Source: Chrysomallon squamiferum (taxonomy: Eukaryota; Animalia; Mollusca). From it: a stretch of DNA of 64,000 bases. This document shows positions 60,830 through 64,000 of this stretch, in pieces (positions within the stretch are counted from its first letter, which is position 1; the number at the start of each line of letters is the position of its first letter). Below the pieces are notes generated by a model, which ran no database searches, was not told the origin of the DNA, and saw only the letters and a program-made list of their open reading frames with translations. The stretch spans positions 18,104,001 through 18,168,000 of the forward strand of contig CM022679.1 in assembly GCA_012295275.1 (NCBI GenBank), in the 5' to 3' direction. The position numbers were made by a program, and so were the translations under genes.

Positions 60830-63680
60830 TGGTAACAAAAACTACACTGGACAAAAACAAAATCCACACACACTCACATCATACCTACATAATCCACATA
60901 TCACCTTCTTAACACAACAAAAGAAAAACTACTTAAAACGCAGATACATACATATAGACACAGTCATAAACACACAACAAAATAAACACTAATCAAAAAC
61001 ATAGATACAACACACGTTCATGCAGAAATACATGTACACACAGTCTGCAGATACAGTTATAACCACACATTCCATACATAAACACACAAGACACTGTTAT
61101 ACACATCAGAAACATGTACAGCACAGTGTGCTTTTTAAAGTCCTATTTCACACACTCATAAAATACAAACAATATATATATATCAATTTAACTGTTTCTC
61201 TCAATCTGCGTTATGTGTGTTTGTGTGGATGTCTTATATAGTTTGTCATGTGTTGTAATCTATGTTTTGTGTAGTGTTTGTATTTGATCTGTGTTGTGTC
61301 TGTACATTTGTGTGTTTTTGAGTGTATGGGTATAAATGCATCTGCGTGGCTTTCTGTATGCCTGTTTCTATGTATATATGTCTCTGTGTGTATGTGTGTG
61401 TAGGTATGTTGCATCTCTGTTTTGTGTCATGTTTGTTTCTCTCACATAATAATCTGGAAAATTGCAACTGATGATGGTGGAGAGAAGTTGATTTCAATTA
61501 CAATGTGAACAAACAGAAAAAGAAACAATCTCAAATAAAATATTCTGATGGAAATTAAGTAATGATGTAATTAAAATGAAATAAATTAAGGAGTAAAATT
61601 GATAAATAAAGAGATCATAAAAAGAACTGGACAGATCTCGAATTGTGGATACTTCTACAAATTTCAGTGATCAGATAAAGAAGGAATTTCTTTTATTAAC
61701 AGTTGACCTATGTTTGTTTATAATTGTACTGCTGCAAATTATTTTAATTTTCCACAGTATCACCAAACTTTACATGCTAAGGAGGAAATGGAACCTAATG
61801 TAACATCTTCGAAAGAAAAAAGATATTTGAAGACCAGGTATATATTTAATAACATTTAAACCACAAACACACTCCACACAAAGACATGATGAAAAAACCC
61901 CAAAATCCCACCAAATAGACAACAGAAACAACACACGACACATACATTACACAAAAAGCCAATCAACATGACATAGCAAAAATAAAAAATAATAACTAAA
62001 AGACATACCATAAACCATAGCATACATCAACAAACATGTCACATAGAAAATAACACAACACAGTGCACACCATATGAAGCAAAGACACAAACACCACAAT
62101 GGTCAAAAGAAACAAAAAATAGACACAGACAGAATACCAGATACCAAACCCAGATACAAACATGACACTGGATAAAAAAAATACAAACATTCAGCAAAAA
62201 CAAACATATGCAATACATACATTACATACACAATACAGGAAAAGACACCAAAAATATCACACCACAGCAAACAAAACAAAACACAACAAGACATAAAAAT
62301 CAGACAAAGTATCAAATTCTCACAGACACACTAAAAAGACAAATATACCTACTACATACCTACCAGACAAAAAACAACAAAAAAACAGTCAGAAAGAGTA
62401 GAGGGGACAAAAAACAGAGGCATACACAAGACATGAGACAGAAAACTCAAAGAAGCACCAGCAACAAATATATACAATACATGCATTATAGAAACCACAG
62501 CACATATACCACATCCCACAAAACACAAATATTTACACAGACATTAACTGTTGCTCTACAATTAACAGTTCTCTATCACAAGGTAAGGCCCCTTTCTCAA
62601 ACACAGCTGTTTTTTTCCCACTTGGCTGTTCAAATGTGTATAGTTCACATTCAGTTGTGTTGTCTCTTATTTTAATGATAACCTTTTTCAATCCATTTTC
62701 ATGGCTCACACAAGTATCAGACAAATCGTAAGTATCCCATTAATATTGTGCTATTCTTCTGGCCTTAGGCTCTCCCTGTCTCTCTTCTATTGATAAAGGC
62801 TTATTTCCCATTATAAACTGATCACCCTATGGCTGATTAGTGAAATCATTACTCATCAAAACTCCTATGGTTTCAAAAGGCAAGTCCTTCACATTTCCAT
62901 AATGACTTTGAACACAAGAAAACTTTATATAACCGGATAACCATATTCTTCCTAGTAACCAAGGTTACAGACACCACATAGTGCAAGGTACACAAAACAG
63001 ACACCACATGACATATACCACATCATAAAACACAAATATATATAACACACATATTACACACACAATACACAGAAAACATCACAAACATACCATACACCAA
63101 ATATTCTACACATCAGTGGAGTCAGCTCTGTGTTGCGTTTTGTGTTGTATAGGTTGCACAAATACAGCACATCATACAGGACATAATATACATCACACAT
63201 AAACATTAATGGCCCATAAAATATACAGTAACTGACAGATGACACAACACCCAACAAAAAACAGATATAGACATGACACCAACCACAAAAGACTAACATG
63301 CAAAACAAAAACAAACTTTTATAATACATATATTAACATTCTGCACTGTACACAAACATGAGAAAACAAAATTCTTAAACATATATTACCCACACAGTAC
63401 AGGGAAAAGGGATACAAAAGAGAGACATAAAGCAGAGAAAACACATATGATATGACATGACATATACCATATAACACAAAACACAAATATACACAAGACA
63501 CACATCACACAACCATACAGGACAAGGCACAGAAAATCTCACATCACACAACAACATGAACCAAATATACCATATACCAAATAGTCAACATATTACATAC
63601 ATACTAGATACCACACATCACACGGGACAGTAAACACTAACAACAACAAATATATATATATGTACAACACAAATACTGTA
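60830..63680. repeat. CA-rich (locally GT-rich at ~61200-61440) low-complexity DNA with embedded unique islands
   Basis: Strong strand skew (acacaca, aaacaca, catacata) with almost no G on the + strand in 60830-61190, 61860-62540 and 62970-63670. Confidence 0.8.
62540..62925 (-). pseudogene. Unidentified decayed coding-like fragment
   Basis: One minus-strand frame of >110 codons with protein-like composition and only two stops: FSCVQSHYGNVKDLPFETIGVLMSNDFTNQP*GDQFIMGNKPLSIEERQGEPKARRIAQY*WDTYDLSDTCVSHENGLKKVIIKIRDNTTECELYTFEQPSGKKTAVFEKGALP. Family not recognised. Confidence 0.35.
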
Positions 63681-64000
63681 TTCATCAATGAGAATGATAA
63701 TTTTAGTCTGGATCCTACCTTATGACAATCCAATCCAGCTGTAGCTCTTGCTTAGTATAGCTCTCTGAGTGATTAGACATGGAAGATAAATCACCAAGTC
63801 ATGGAATATTTATTCATAAACAACAGAAAACAACCAAACTAATTATTATCTGATTTCATCTAAATTTTCATACAGTGTTTCTTCATCCTTCAGAGTCAGG
63901 AGGAAATGATGCCTTGGAAAACTGAAAGATTGCAACTGACAGTTTAGTGGAGAAGATTTGCTTTCTACAGTAATCTGTACAGATGTACATAAGATCTAAA

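Noticed and set aside
62208-62675. 155-aa ORF and other ORFs in the CA-rich region
   Set aside because: Products of low-complexity strand skew (Thr/His/Gln/Lys- or Val/Cys-rich), not protein-like.

Overview
AT-rich, intron-containing animal genomic DNA; a lophotrochozoan/mollusc-like invertebrate is my low-confidence guess. The first ~16.5 kb holds two convergent housekeeping genes: the last seven exons of COP9 signalosome subunit 1 (GPS1/CSN1, + strand, 5' part outside the window) and a near-complete 11-coding-exon adenosine kinase (ADK, - strand) with a FLYWCH/MULE-like transposon relic in one intron. A short transition zone follows (CpG-rich ADK promoter, microsatellites, internally deleted Tc1 relic). 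The window is then dominated by a ~33 kb array of a 169-bp satellite (~190 monomers, 20074-53118). The array sits at one site inside a ~600/766-bp repeat family, begins and ends at the same monomer phase (CAGCT, shared with the host repeat), shows symmetric edge/flank/core layers, A/B dimers and multi-monomer cassettes, and is partly homologous to the reverse strand of its host repeat. The right end has increasingly diverged host-repeat copies interleaved with cryptic minisatellites, CA-rich low-complexity DNA and unidentified decayed coding-like islands. All protein and transposon identifications are from manual translation and recalled family motifs; no searches were run.
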